From the IMG/VR virus record IMGVR_UViG_3300025016_000004: 64,000 nt of DNA. One strand, 5' to 3'. Positions within the stretch are counted from its first letter, which is position 1. Each line of letters begins with the position of its first letter. Both the position numbers and the translations under genes were made by a program. The notes under the pieces were generated by a model, which was not told the origin of the DNA, made no database searches, and was given only the letters and a program-made list of their open reading frames with translations. The DNA is from a virus. Its lineage: Duplodnaviria; Caudoviricetes. Shown here piece after piece: positions 30,383 to 40,072 of the stretch.

Positions 30383-32413
30383 ATGAGTTATATAATTAAA
30401 AGTACATCACCCTTTGCTAGTACAAAGTTAACCGAAACAGGTAGAGAAAAAATTGCCAGAGGACAATTAAATTTCACTAGTTGGTCTATTGGTGACTCTG
30501 AAATTAATTATGTTAGAGAAGGAGAAATTCAAGATGCAGTTATAACTGGCACTACCAGTAAAATACTAAGACCTAAAGATAAACAGCCTAATTTAAAATA
30601 TTTTATTAGTAATTCTTCAGGTACAGCCGCATTTAATTTTGGTTCTGGCGATATTAGATGTATAAAAGCTACAGTGAATAATCAAGCCGCTGAAAGAGGA
30701 TTTTTTAGTGGTACTTCGTTATATGACTATACAGCAATTACAGGTGAAACTATGTCAAATTATATTAGACTAGTTAGAGAATTACCAGCTACCACACTTG
30801 CTGGTGGTACTACATTAAATCTTGGAGCTTCTGATGCCGCTGTAGGTGATGTAATATTATTAAAAATAGGTTATTCTGATTTAACCAACGTAACCCCAAC
30901 GGCACATTTATGGTTTAAAGTTCAAGCGACTGGTGCTACATCAGTAACAGTAGATAGAGTATTACCTACAATAGGTAGTGATGCAACAATGGCCATTGTT
31001 TATAAAGGTGGTGAATTAGATACTTTAGAAGCCCCACAAATTGCTTATTGGGATACAGGTACATTATCATTTGATGCTTCAGGTTGTACAACAACAATGA
31101 TTGATGTCCCAATTTGGAATATGAACATTCCTTTTGCTGAAAATATTCTTGGAACACCAACAACTGGAACAACTGAAGAATTTAATCGTTATGGTTCATA
31201 TGATTTAATGGGTGAAAAAAATAATTATTTATATCCATCAACAGATGCTTTCCTTAAATCAGTTGCAATTATACATTATTCAAATAAAACAATTTCAAAC
31301 CTATATGGTGAGTTTTTACATATAGATGGTATAACAAAAAGCGTTAAATTACATTTACCTACTTTGATGTATCATAGAAGAGATGTATTTACTGGAACTA
31401 CAGGTGGTGAAATGGGAATGACATTTATTGCTAGTGGTACTTCAGTATCAGTAGGTTCTAATGGTTTATCATATGTTCCATTAATAGAAGATGCGACTTA
31501 TGTCACTGGCAGTACAGTAACTTCAGTTGGTAGAGTTTATCCAGATTTAAAAATAGTTGTTATAGACAACCCAGAAGTAGTTGCAGCAATTTCGTACAAA
31601 TCAAATAGAAATTGGACGTTACCAGCGTTAAATTTAGCACTTACAAACGCAACATCAGGACCAACCAATGGTTTATTACCTGTTAATTCAACAATATATG
31701 TTACATATGCAGTAGATAATGAAAGTGGAAGTGGAATAACTCCAGCATTACCAAGTCAAAATTTTGCAACAATAACAAATACAACTACATCATCTAAAGA
31801 CGTATCATTTAATATTGAAGCTACTGATTTATTTCCTTATATGCAAAGTGGTACAACAAGTGGTGGTTTTTATGCTGATACATTTAAAGTGATATATCAA
31901 ATAACTACCGATGGTGCTAGACCTACATCTGGTAATTGGAAAGTGTTGGATTATACCACATCAGTTGTTGCTGGTGGTGGAATTATGAATCCAGCTGATT
32001 TAGAAACACAAAACCCACTAGCGGTTGTTTCAGGTGGAGATATATTACAATTAACAAAAACTAAAGATTTAACTGCACCAATTTATTCAGTTGTGAGTAC
32101 GTTAACAATGCCAGATAAAACAACACCAGAGATATTACAATTTGGTGATGAAAGGTTCTTTTATGGAAATATAGAATCCTTTATAGGTGCAACAATTTTT
32201 AAAACAATTTTTAAAATCTCAATCAATGCTAGTGATTTTACTTCAACAACTAACCTCACTAGGGTTAGTGGTGTAAACCCACCTAATATAAGAGTTAGCG
32301 AAGTTGGTGTTTATAACTCTGATGGAGATTTAGTAATAATAAGTAAACTTAGTGTTCCAGTTGAACTAACACCAGGTAAGACAATGATTCTAGAATTATC
32401 AATGGATTTTTAA
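30383..32413 (+). CDS. Baseplate/tail-fibre attachment protein (tail-collar-like N- and C-terminal motifs)
   Basis: KLTETGREKIARG..WSIGDSEINY and IRVSEVGVYNSDGDLVIISKLSVPV. Confidence 0.62.
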   Translation: MSYIIKSTSPFASTKLTETGREKIARGQLNFTSWSIGDSEINYVREGEIQDAVITGTTSKILRPKDKQPNLKYFISNSSGTAAFNFGSGDIRCIKATVNNQAAERGFFSGTSLYDYTAITGETMSNYIRLVRELPATTLAGGTTLNLGASDAAVGDVILLKIGYSDLTNVTPTAHLWFKVQATGATSVTVDRVLPTIGSDATMAIVYKGGELDTLEAPQIAYWDTGTLSFDASGCTTTMIDVPIWNMNIPFAENILGTPTTGTTEEFNRYGSYDLMGEKNNYLYPSTDAFLKSVAIIHYSNKTISNLYGEFLHIDGITKSVKLHLPTLMYHRRDVFTGTTGGEMGMTFIASGTSVSVGSNGLSYVPLIEDATYVTGSTVTSVGRVYPDLKIVVIDNPEVVAAISYKSNRNWTLPALNLALTNATSGPTNGLLPVNSTIYVTYAVDNESGSGITPALPSQNFATITNTTTSSKDVSFNIEATDLFPYMQSGTTSGGFYADTFKVIYQITTDGARPTSGNWKVLDYTTSVVAGGGIMNPADLETQNPLAVVSGGDILQLTKTKDLTAPIYSVVSTLTMPDKTTPEILQFGDERFFYGNIESFIGATIFKTIFKISINASDFTSTTNLTRVSGVNPPNIRVSEVGVYNSDGDLVIISKLSVPVELTPGKTMILELSMDF

Positions 32414-32416
32414 GAT

Positions 32417-33607
32417 ATGGGATTTATAGCAAGCGCACAGACAGTAACGATAACAGCCAAATTAACACCTTTTGGTAGACAACAACTATTAACCAATAGT
32501 AGTAGCATTATAACACAATTTAGTTTGGGCGATAGTGATGCTAATTATTATGGTACAGCAACTTTAGAAAGAGGTAAGGTACCATCATTAGCGGGTGAAG
32601 TAGGTAGTAATAATTTATTTAGCAATGGTGTTTATTCAGGTGTTGGAATAAAATCTCCAATTACAGTTAACTCTACTGGTGTTACAAAAAAGGCTGTTCA
32701 AGCTGGTTCTAGTTCTGTCATAATAACTCCTAAATTAATTGGATTAACAGCTCTTACAGATACATTTTTAACACAGTTAACTATTAATAGAACTTTAGGT
32801 GCTACTGATGGTAATACTAACCTATTTCATACATTCGGATTACCTATAACACAAGCTGATAAAAACAAATATACTACATTTGTTTCACCAACAGGTTATT
32901 TAGATACAGCAATTGCTGGGTTTAATAAAGATTCAGTGTTGGTGATTGCAATTGATAATTGTAGTTATGGTGAAATTTTGGATGGTAAAAATGTTAAAAT
33001 TGAGATAGAATCTAGTGGTGCCACATCTTATACAGGATATACGACATTCCAAAAAAGTCTTACACCTTTAACAAGCGTTGATTCCCAAGTTAGAGAATTA
33101 TTAGAGTTAGGTACAGCTATTGGTAATAACGTAGCATTTATATTCTCTGACCAAATACGAAGACCTAATGGTAATGCAGCTAAAAGTTGGGCTACTGGGT
33201 TTAATACGGTTAAACCATTTAGCACCAATAATAAAGAATTATTTAATGCTAAATCAGTTCCATCAACAAGTACAAATGTTGATGAAGCGATAGGTATCGC
33301 TTATCTAGATAGAGGTATTATTGTTATAACACATCCTGATATTGTAGGTGCTTACGTACCATCTGGAACAACGATAACATATAATAGCATTTCGAATGAA
33401 GTTGCTCAAAATATTACATGTATTGTTGAAAGAGGTGAATTCGCTTCAACAAATAATAGAACTTATACTACTGGTGAATCACTTAGAGTTACTGAAGTTG
33501 CGTTATATGATACATTTAATAATGTGATAGCATTTGCTAAAAGTAATGAGCATATTCTTATCGGTGCTAATCAATATATGGCATTAGGTGTTAGAATTTT
33601 AGTATAA
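32417..33607 (+). CDS. Baseplate/tail-fibre attachment protein, paralog of the upstream gene
   Basis: KLTPFGRQQLL..FSLGDSDANY and LRVTEVALYDTFNNVIAFAKS. Confidence 0.62.
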   Translation: MGFIASAQTVTITAKLTPFGRQQLLTNSSSIITQFSLGDSDANYYGTATLERGKVPSLAGEVGSNNLFSNGVYSGVGIKSPITVNSTGVTKKAVQAGSSSVIITPKLIGLTALTDTFLTQLTINRTLGATDGNTNLFHTFGLPITQADKNKYTTFVSPTGYLDTAIAGFNKDSVLVIAIDNCSYGEILDGKNVKIEIESSGATSYTGYTTFQKSLTPLTSVDSQVRELLELGTAIGNNVAFIFSDQIRRPNGNAAKSWATGFNTVKPFSTNNKELFNAKSVPSTSTNVDEAIGIAYLDRGIIVITHPDIVGAYVPSGTTITYNSISNEVAQNITCIVERGEFASTNNRTYTTGESLRVTEVALYDTFNNVIAFAKSNEHILIGANQYMALGVRILV

Positions 33608-33658
33608 AATATTTACTTATTTTTTTTATTTAGTATATTCCCTTATAAATTTATAATT

Positions 33659-34327
33659 ATGAAGGAAAAACAAGAATTTATCCTTGGTTTAGACGTTTCA
33701 ACAAAAACCATTGGTATTGCGTTATACGAGAATTTAGGTGAAAAAGGTAAATTAACTGCCTTGACTCACGTTACCCCTAAAATAAAACCACTACCACCTA
33801 CAAAAACACAAGAATTATTTGAGAAATGTGATATTTTTGATGAACAATGTTTAGATAAATACAAAAGTTTTAATATCACAAGAGTAATAATTGAAGAACC
33901 TTTATTAAGGTCTAATAATGTGAATACAGTAGGAACGTTATTACGATTTAATGGTATGATTTCAAGAGCAGTTTATAAAAAATTAGGTGTTGTACCTGAT
34001 TTTATTTCATCATTTGACTCTAGAAAATATGCCTTTCCTGAATTAATGGCTGTTAGAACTCATAATAAAAAGGGTGAAAAATATCCAGAAAAAGATATAG
34101 AAAAGAAAAGTAAATTAAAACAAACAACTCTTTTCGGGGCTTTCGATTGGGATGTTGATAAAAAAACAATTATTTGGGAAAAGGTTGCATATCTATATCC
34201 ACAAATTACATGGCTATACAATAGGAATCAAGTATTGGCTAAAGAAAATTATGATATGAGTGATAGTGCTACATGTGTACTAGGGTTTATGAGTTTAATT
34301 GGTGAGTGGCCAATAGAAAAAAGATAA
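33659..34327 (+). CDS. ruvC: RuvC-like Holliday junction resolvase
   Basis: ILGLDVSTKTIG, IIEEP, YDMSDS acidic catalytic motifs. Confidence 0.78.
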   Translation: MKEKQEFILGLDVSTKTIGIALYENLGEKGKLTALTHVTPKIKPLPPTKTQELFEKCDIFDEQCLDKYKSFNITRVIIEEPLLRSNNVNTVGTLLRFNGMISRAVYKKLGVVPDFISSFDSRKYAFPELMAVRTHNKKGEKYPEKDIEKKSKLKQTTLFGAFDWDVDKKTIIWEKVAYLYPQITWLYNRNQVLAKENYDMSDSATCVLGFMSLIGEWPIEKR

Positions 34328-34336
34328 ACGGCAACT

Positions 34337-34363
34337 AAATCGGCAATCATTGCCGATTTTTTT
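34337..34363 (+). terminator. Rho-independent terminator
   Basis: AAATCGGCAAT-C-ATTGCCGATTT inverted repeat followed by a T run. Confidence 0.75.
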
Positions 34364-34369
34364 ATTTTG

Positions 34370-34401
34370 TTTGGTTTTTAATTAAATTTTTAGTATATTT
34401 G
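34370..34401 (+). promoter_or_regulatory. Bacteroidota-type sigma promoter for primase
   Basis: TTTG-N20-TATATTTG. Confidence 0.75.
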
Positions 34402-34405
34402 CATA

Positions 34406-35383
34406 ATGTCAATGATTGTAAATATATTAGAAAACTTCTTAGGAACCCCTCACTCGCATTATGAGAACAAATCTCAAGTGCAGTTTGACTGCCCTATGTG
34501 TTCTGCTGAGAAGAATAAATATGAAGGTGATGGTAAAGGTAATCTAGCAATCAACTACGAAAAAGGTGTTTATAAATGTTGGAATTGCTGGGAAAGAAAT
34601 AATATGCATGGCTCTTTATTATATTTGATAAGAAAATATGGTAATAAACAACACCTTAAAGATTATTTGCTTATCGCACCTAAAATCATTAAAGATAGAA
34701 GTAAAGAAGAGAAAGATGATATTCTAATAGATGTAAAATTACCTGAATCTTTTAGAGCTTTTAGTGATAGCACTTCTTATAATACAAATCACAATGATGC
34801 ATATCGCTATGTTAAGGGTAGAGGAATAGATAATAACATTCTCCATAAATTTAATATAGGTTATACTTGTGATGGTAAACATAAAGATAGAATTGTAATC
34901 CCTTCATACGATATTAACGGTGAATTAAATTATTATATTGCTAGGTCATTCAATAAGTGGAATAAAACCAAATATTTAAACCCAGAATCTGATGTTGAAG
35001 CCAAAAATAAGAATGAGATTATCTTCAATGAACATAAAGTTAATTGGGATTCAACAATTTATTTAGTGGAAGGTGCCTTCGACCATATCGTAACACCCAA
35101 TTCAATACCTTTATTAGGTAAATTCATTTCAGATAAATTATTTCATGCGTTACAAACCAAAGCAATGGGTAAAGTTGTTATTGTATTAGATGGTGGTGCT
35201 GAGGAAAGAAAAGATATGATACTTTTATATAAAAAGTTAAATACTTTAAATCTATATAATAGAGTTAGAGTTGTTTATCTTGAAGATAAAATGGACTTAT
35301 CATTAATTTATCAAAAACAAGGGCCTAGAGGTATTTTAAGGAATTTAAGACAGGCTGTGAAACTTAAAGAAAGTCGTCTTTAG
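34406..35383 (+). CDS. DNA primase (Zn finger + TOPRIM)
   Basis: CPMC..CWNC; RIVIPSY; LVEGAFD; VLDGG. Confidence 0.88.
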   Translation: MSMIVNILENFLGTPHSHYENKSQVQFDCPMCSAEKNKYEGDGKGNLAINYEKGVYKCWNCWERNNMHGSLLYLIRKYGNKQHLKDYLLIAPKIIKDRSKEEKDDILIDVKLPESFRAFSDSTSYNTNHNDAYRYVKGRGIDNNILHKFNIGYTCDGKHKDRIVIPSYDINGELNYYIARSFNKWNKTKYLNPESDVEAKNKNEIIFNEHKVNWDSTIYLVEGAFDHIVTPNSIPLLGKFISDKLFHALQTKAMGKVVIVLDGGAEERKDMILLYKKLNTLNLYNRVRVVYLEDKMDLSLIYQKQGPRGILRNLRQAVKLKESRL

Positions 35384-36405
35384 AAACTATAATCATCAAA
35401 TCCTTGATAATCTGAAGTACCAATGTTAAATGAATTCGATTGAAACTGTTTAATTGATATTAAGTTAACACCTTTACCTTTATTTTTTAATGTAATTTCT
35501 TTTTCATTAGGGTATTGCATATTATATTTGAAAGTCTCGATTACATCAATATCGTTTTTATTCGCTTTAACTGTTAAAATAAATGGTTGACCTTTACTGT
35601 TTAAATGTGGTTCGGTATAATGAGAACCATCTAAATCATTTTTACTAAGAACATAATGAGAACCTAATTGGATTGTGTTTAAATCATTTTTATTTTCTAA
35701 AAACACAACTCTATATAAAGTTAAAGTATTCGGTAATTTATTAAACATGTTAATTAGATTTTTAAGGTTTTCTTTATTAACATCTAAATCATCGTGAGCA
35801 CCATATTTTAAAAACTCATTATAATTAATTCCCTCTTTAACCATACCAATTTCATATTCATCATCATCAACACCTTCGGTATTTGCATGATGATATGTTA
35901 ATTCTTCATCCACATTATCACCCTTACCCATTATAAAATCTTCATAATACATTTGTAATTGTTTTTCGTTTTGAAAATATTTAACATCATCAGATGGGCT
36001 ATAATTTACCATTTCCCTACCTTTTATGATAACACCGTCATACCCCATTTTTTGCATTTCACCTTCTATTGTAGAATTTTTAAAAAACGCTCTTTGGTCT
36101 GGAAATTTCCCAGTTGAATATTTCATGAATAAATTTCTTTGAGACCATATCTCCCATTCATTTAATGAGTTTACAACTAAAGGTGTTTTAGGTATAGCAC
36201 CAATTAAGAAATATACAGTCCCGTATTCTTTAGCCAAAGCTCTATTCCCTAAAGGAGTGACATATAACCCTAACCCAAGCATTCCACCACCGCCATTTGC
36301 TTGTCCTACATTTTGGACACCTCTAATGGTTACGTTTTTACGTTTCCATTTTAAATACTCCCTGTGGTCATATTCAACTGCCTCATATATATTAAGTAAT
36401 TTCAT
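35380..36405 (-). CDS. Two-domain ADP-ribosyltransferase-like protein with MKL..YE N-terminal motif
   Basis: Domain 1 RG..GLGLYVT..AKEYG..GYDGVII; domain 2 LYRV..LGSHY..EKEITL. Confidence 0.55.
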   Translation of the reverse strand: MKLLNIYEAVEYDHREYLKWKRKNVTIRGVQNVGQANGGGGMLGLGLYVTPLGNRALAKEYGTVYFLIGAIPKTPLVVNSLNEWEIWSQRNLFMKYSTGKFPDQRAFFKNSTIEGEMQKMGYDGVIIKGREMVNYSPSDDVKYFQNEKQLQMYYEDFIMGKGDNVDEELTYHHANTEGVDDDEYEIGMVKEGINYNEFLKYGAHDDLDVNKENLKNLINMFNKLPNTLTLYRVVFLENKNDLNTIQLGSHYVLSKNDLDGSHYTEPHLNSKGQPFILTVKANKNDIDVIETFKYNMQYPNEKEITLKNKGKGVNLISIKQFQSNSFNIGTSDYQGFDDYSF

Positions 36406-36980
36406 TCTACTTTTTCTATTAATTTAATACTATTCGGATTAAACATAATTATATGCTTCTCACCAACCCAATCACTAGGTGGGTCAACAACCAATCCATC
36501 ATAACCTAATTTAGTCATACTTTTAAGATAACGAAGTGGTGTATGTTGATACCACCCATTTAAAATATTAAAGAATACCCCAGCTTCATCACCAGCTGAA
36601 AAAGCAGCTCTTAACGCTTTTTGAAGCCCTTTTTGTGGGTCTTCATCCCAATTTTGTGCTTCCATTTCCCATTCATCTGCATCTTCACCACTCATTTTCA
36701 TAAGTGTTATAATTTCTTGTTTATTAACTTTATAAGAGGGTGTATCGGTTTCTATGAACCTACCAGTTAATTCAACCTTATATACATTCTTACCGAACAT
36801 TCTAGCGTTTTCAAAACTTGTGGCGAAATAAATACCTGGCCCATGATGTTGTGTAACACCTTCACCATCTACGAAACTATCTGAAAACTTCTTTATATCA
36901 TGGTCAGTACCATGATATGCAATAAACGTTTTGGATATTGATTCGGATAAAATATTTTCGTATAAGTTTCTTAATTTCAT
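36402..36980 (-). CDS. ART-PolyVal-like ADP-ribosyltransferase domain protein
   Basis: AYHGT..F..GPGIYFATS..A..FG..VY..GYDGL..IMFNPNSIK. Confidence 0.65.
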   Translation of the reverse strand: MKLRNLYENILSESISKTFIAYHGTDHDIKKFSDSFVDGEGVTQHHGPGIYFATSFENARMFGKNVYKVELTGRFIETDTPSYKVNKQEIITLMKMSGEDADEWEMEAQNWDEDPQKGLQKALRAAFSAGDEAGVFFNILNGWYQHTPLRYLKSMTKLGYDGLVVDPPSDWVGEKHIIMFNPNSIKLIEKVE

Positions 36981-37378
36981 TATACTTTATTTAGCATAAA
37001 TTTGGCGTTAGGAAATAAAACTATTTCCCCACTATCACCATTAGGTAAAACACATATAATTGCGTCATACCCTAACTTCATTAATTTTTTTGTTAAAGAT
37101 TTCCCTTTAGATTTAAATTTATTTGATAATTCATTTTTATATTTAATTAAATTATTATCATTAACATTTATATATAAAGGGTTTTGTAAATAAGCCATTC
37201 CTACGGCATAATTTCCAGTTATTTCCCCATCAAAATCTTTTTCAGTAACATAAATTCCACTAGGTTCAACATCTTGACCAAAACGACTTCCCATATATGG
37301 AGCCTTTTCTAAATTTTTCATTATCTTTAGTTGAACTGATTCATTTAAAACACTTATATATAAATCGTTTAATTTCAT
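36980..37378 (-). CDS. Short ART-like protein
   Basis: SGIYVTE..LQNPLYI..GYDAII..EIVLF. Confidence 0.45.
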   Translation of the reverse strand: MKLNDLYISVLNESVQLKIMKNLEKAPYMGSRFGQDVEPSGIYVTEKDFDGEITGNYAVGMAYLQNPLYINVNDNNLIKYKNELSNKFKSKGKSLTKKLMKLGYDAIICVLPNGDSGEIVLFPNAKFMLNKV

Positions 37379-37776
37379 TATACTTTAAATTGTCTATTGG
37401 TTGTTGAGAAATTCTTTTTTCTCATGATGGTTTTACTCATAAGTTGAATTTCATTTCTAGACTTATCAACACGTAAAACAAAAGGTACGTTTATATTATT
37501 ATTTAAATCAATTATAACAGCTTCAGCTTCTTTATTATAATTCTTTAAACCTTGGCCATGTTTTTTGTATAAACGACTGAATGTATTTATCACTTCTTCA
37601 CCTTCAATTTCTTCACCATTTCTAGGGTCATTGGCTCTATCCAAAAAATGATTGGAAAATTCAATGTCAATATTAAGACTCTTAAACAAATCATCTAAGT
37701 AATCTTCAATTTTCTTTAACCCAGAATTACTGATGTATTCATTCACTACGGATTCAAATATATTACTTAATTTCAT
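37378..37776 (-). CDS. Conserved phage protein with MKL..FE N-terminal motif
   Basis: IEFSNHFLDRANDPRN..INVPFVL; ATG 37776 follows a TATTTAT motif. Confidence 0.55.
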   Translation of the reverse strand: MKLSNIFESVVNEYISNSGLKKIEDYLDDLFKSLNIDIEFSNHFLDRANDPRNGEEIEGEEVINTFSRLYKKHGQGLKNYNKEAEAVIIDLNNNINVPFVLRVDKSRNEIQLMSKTIMRKKNFSTTNRQFKV

Positions 37777-37801
37777 AATAACCAATTCTTTTTAATAAAT
37801 A

Positions 37802-37833
37802 TTTGTTTTTATAGTAAAAATTTAGTATAATTG
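37802..37833 (+). promoter_or_regulatory. Sigma promoter (variant -7 box)
   Basis: TTTG-N20-TATAATTG. Confidence 0.7.
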
Positions 37834-37849
37834 CGTAAAATGATAATAT

Positions 37850-39619
37850 ATGGTAAAAGAATTTGTTGGCCCAGTTTATTTGGAGCCAATTGAACATGTT
37901 TATATTCATAGACAAACAGGTAAACGTTATGGTTCAGTAACCCAAATGTTAGGCTCAATTGAGCATGAATTTGAAACTGAATTGGTTGCAGAAAGAATAT
38001 CAATGCAGCGAGATGACGACCCTAAGAAGAATCCTGATTACCATGGTATGACCATGGAACAAATTTTAGATTATTGGCAATACTTGAATGATAGTGCCAA
38101 CGAATACGGAACATATGTTCATGAAACAGTTGAAACGTATCTTTTAAAACAAAAATGGTGGTATCCAACAGATGAGTTGCAGAAAGCTGTTATAAAGGCG
38201 TATAATGAATTAGAAGTTGATGAAGGTAAGTGTGTATACCCAGAGCGAATTATGTTTTCGGAAAAATATAGTCTAGCGGGGACTGCCGATTTAAAAATTG
38301 ATATTGATGATGAATGGTTTGATATTGGAGATTGGAAAGGGTTACCAATTGATACCCCAATATTCACTAATAATGGATGGAAAACTATGGGTAGTGTATC
38401 ATATGGTGATAAAGTTTATGACATGGATGGTAATCTATGTGATATATTACATTTTTCTGGGGTAAAAAATAAAGATTGTTTTGAAATTGAATTTGATAAT
38501 GGTGAAATAATTATCGCAGATTACGAACATAGATGGTTAATATCTTTTATGCGTGATGGTAATTTTACTGATAAAGTTATGACTACTGATGAACTATTCG
38601 ACTATACCACTGAATTAAATAAAAGTAATAAAAGATGGTCGCATAAAATACCTAAAATTAAGATAACCAAACCGTTAAATAATCCGAATATCACATTACC
38701 CTTAGACCCTTATTTGTTAGGTGTATGGTTAGGTGATGGGCATAAAACTGACACCAAGATAACTAATATGAATAAAAAAATGTGGTTAGAATTGGAAAGA
38801 CGTGGTTATGAATTAGGTGGTGATGTAAGCCAAGGTGGTTCTGGTAAAGCTCAAACTAGAACAGTTTTAAATGTGAGTAATATATTTAATGAATTAAATT
38901 TAATTCAAAATAAGCATATACCAGATATATTTTTAATGGCATCACATGAACAACGGCTTGATTTATTGCGTGGGTTTATGGATACCGATGGTCATTATAA
39001 TTCATCACGTAAAAGATTTGTTATGTCAACAACTAGAGAGTGGCAAGCAAATGAATTTAATAAATTAGTATCATCATTAGGTATTAAAACAACAGTAATT
39101 AGGTATAAGAAAAAAGCTATGGGTAAAATTATTAATGTAATTGATATTTGTTTTAGTACTAACAATTTAAACCCATTTTTAACTAGAGATGATTTAAAAA
39201 TTGAATATACTAAGATAAATAATAAAACGTTTAAAAATATTGTTTCAGTTAAAAAAGTGAAATCAGTACCAACTAGATGTATTGAAGTTGATAGCCCAAG
39301 TAGTACTTTTTTATATGGCTATAATTTTGGTGTAACACATAACACTAATAAAAGGTTTGAGTTTTATAGCCCATTTGGTCAAACACTTAAAAAACCTTTC
39401 AACCATTTACAACAATGTCATCATTCAACATATAGTTTACAGTTAAGTGTGTACGCTAAAATGTGTGAGGAAGAAACTGGAATGAAATGTAGACAAATAT
39501 GGATAGGATATTGGAGTAGGGAAACTGAAAAGTTTACTAGAATCCCAATTACATATCTTAAACACGAAGCAACACAACTATTGGAGCTTCACAAATATAA
39601 TAAAGAAATAGCTACTTAA
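37850..39619 (+). CDS. PD-(D/E)XK (Cas4-like, no Fe-S cluster) exonuclease containing an intein
   Basis: YGTYVHE, AGTADL, DWK|TNK split by intein, YSLQLSVYAKM. Confidence 0.85.
   Translation: MVKEFVGPVYLEPIEHVYIHRQTGKRYGSVTQMLGSIEHEFETELVAERISMQRDDDPKKNPDYHGMTMEQILDYWQYLNDSANEYGTYVHETVETYLLKQKWWYPTDELQKAVIKAYNELEVDEGKCVYPERIMFSEKYSLAGTADLKIDIDDEWFDIGDWKGLPIDTPIFTNNGWKTMGSVSYGDKVYDMDGNLCDILHFSGVKNKDCFEIEFDNGEIIIADYEHRWLISFMRDGNFTDKVMTTDELFDYTTELNKSNKRWSHKIPKIKITKPLNNPNITLPLDPYLLGVWLGDGHKTDTKITNMNKKMWLELERRGYELGGDVSQGGSGKAQTRTVLNVSNIFNELNLIQNKHIPDIFLMASHEQRLDLLRGFMDTDGHYNSSRKRFVMSTTREWQANEFNKLVSSLGIKTTVIRYKKKAMGKIINVIDICFSTNNLNPFLTRDDLKIEYTKINNKTFKNIVSVKKVKSVPTRCIEVDSPSSTFLYGYNFGVTHNTNKRFEFYSPFGQTLKKPFNHLQQCHHSTYSLQLSVYAKMCEEETGMKCRQIWIGYWSRETEKFTRIPITYLKHEATQLLELHKYNKEIAT
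38339..39343 (+). mobile_element. Class-3-type intein (335 aa, Gly1) with LAGLIDADG endonuclease
   Basis: GLPIDTPIFT; ADYEHRW; YLLGVWLGDG; LLRGFMDTDG; VPTRCIEV; VTHN followed by Thr. Confidence 0.85.
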
Positions 39620-39650
39620 TTATGGTAAAGAAAATAATACATTGCGCTGA

Positions 39651-39977
39651 TTATTGAGTTATTGTTTTAAATTTTTTATATTTTCTATCTAAACCTATAT
39701 TATCATAATTTTTGTATATATACTCACCTAATTTAATAATTCCATCTTTATTGGTTATTCTTAAGTAAGATGAGGATGATTTTAAATTTTTATTTCTTTT
39801 TATTTTATAATTGATTTGTAATTCATCACATAAAGATTCGAAATAACCCCAATCTTGTTCATATGTTGACGCTAAAGCAAATTGTCTTAATGTTGAGCCT
39901 AATTTTGGTTTATAATAATAAAAACAACCATCACCATCAATTAACCCTCGAAACCAATAATGTTTTAATTTATTCAT
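39651..39977 (-). mobile_element. Short single-motif LAGLIDADG endonuclease (possibly a remnant)
   Basis: WFRGLIDGDGCFYY; 108 aa. Confidence 0.65.
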
Positions 39978-40023
39978 TCTAAGTCATTCATATTAAATAA
40001 ATATGAAAAAAACATGAAAAAAA

Positions 40024-40055
40024 CTTGTTAAAGTTTTAAAAATGTAGTATAATTG
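40024..40055 (+). promoter_or_regulatory. Sigma promoter for the sbcD operon
   Basis: CTTG-N20-TATAATTG. Confidence 0.7.
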
Positions 40056-40072
40056 CCTTAAATATATAAAAT

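Noticed and set aside
37850-39619. Cas4-like nuclease as evidence for a CRISPR-Cas system
   Set aside because: No cas1/cas2, effector genes or array in the window; no four-Cys Fe-S motif; stand-alone phage PD-(D/E)XK nucleases are common.
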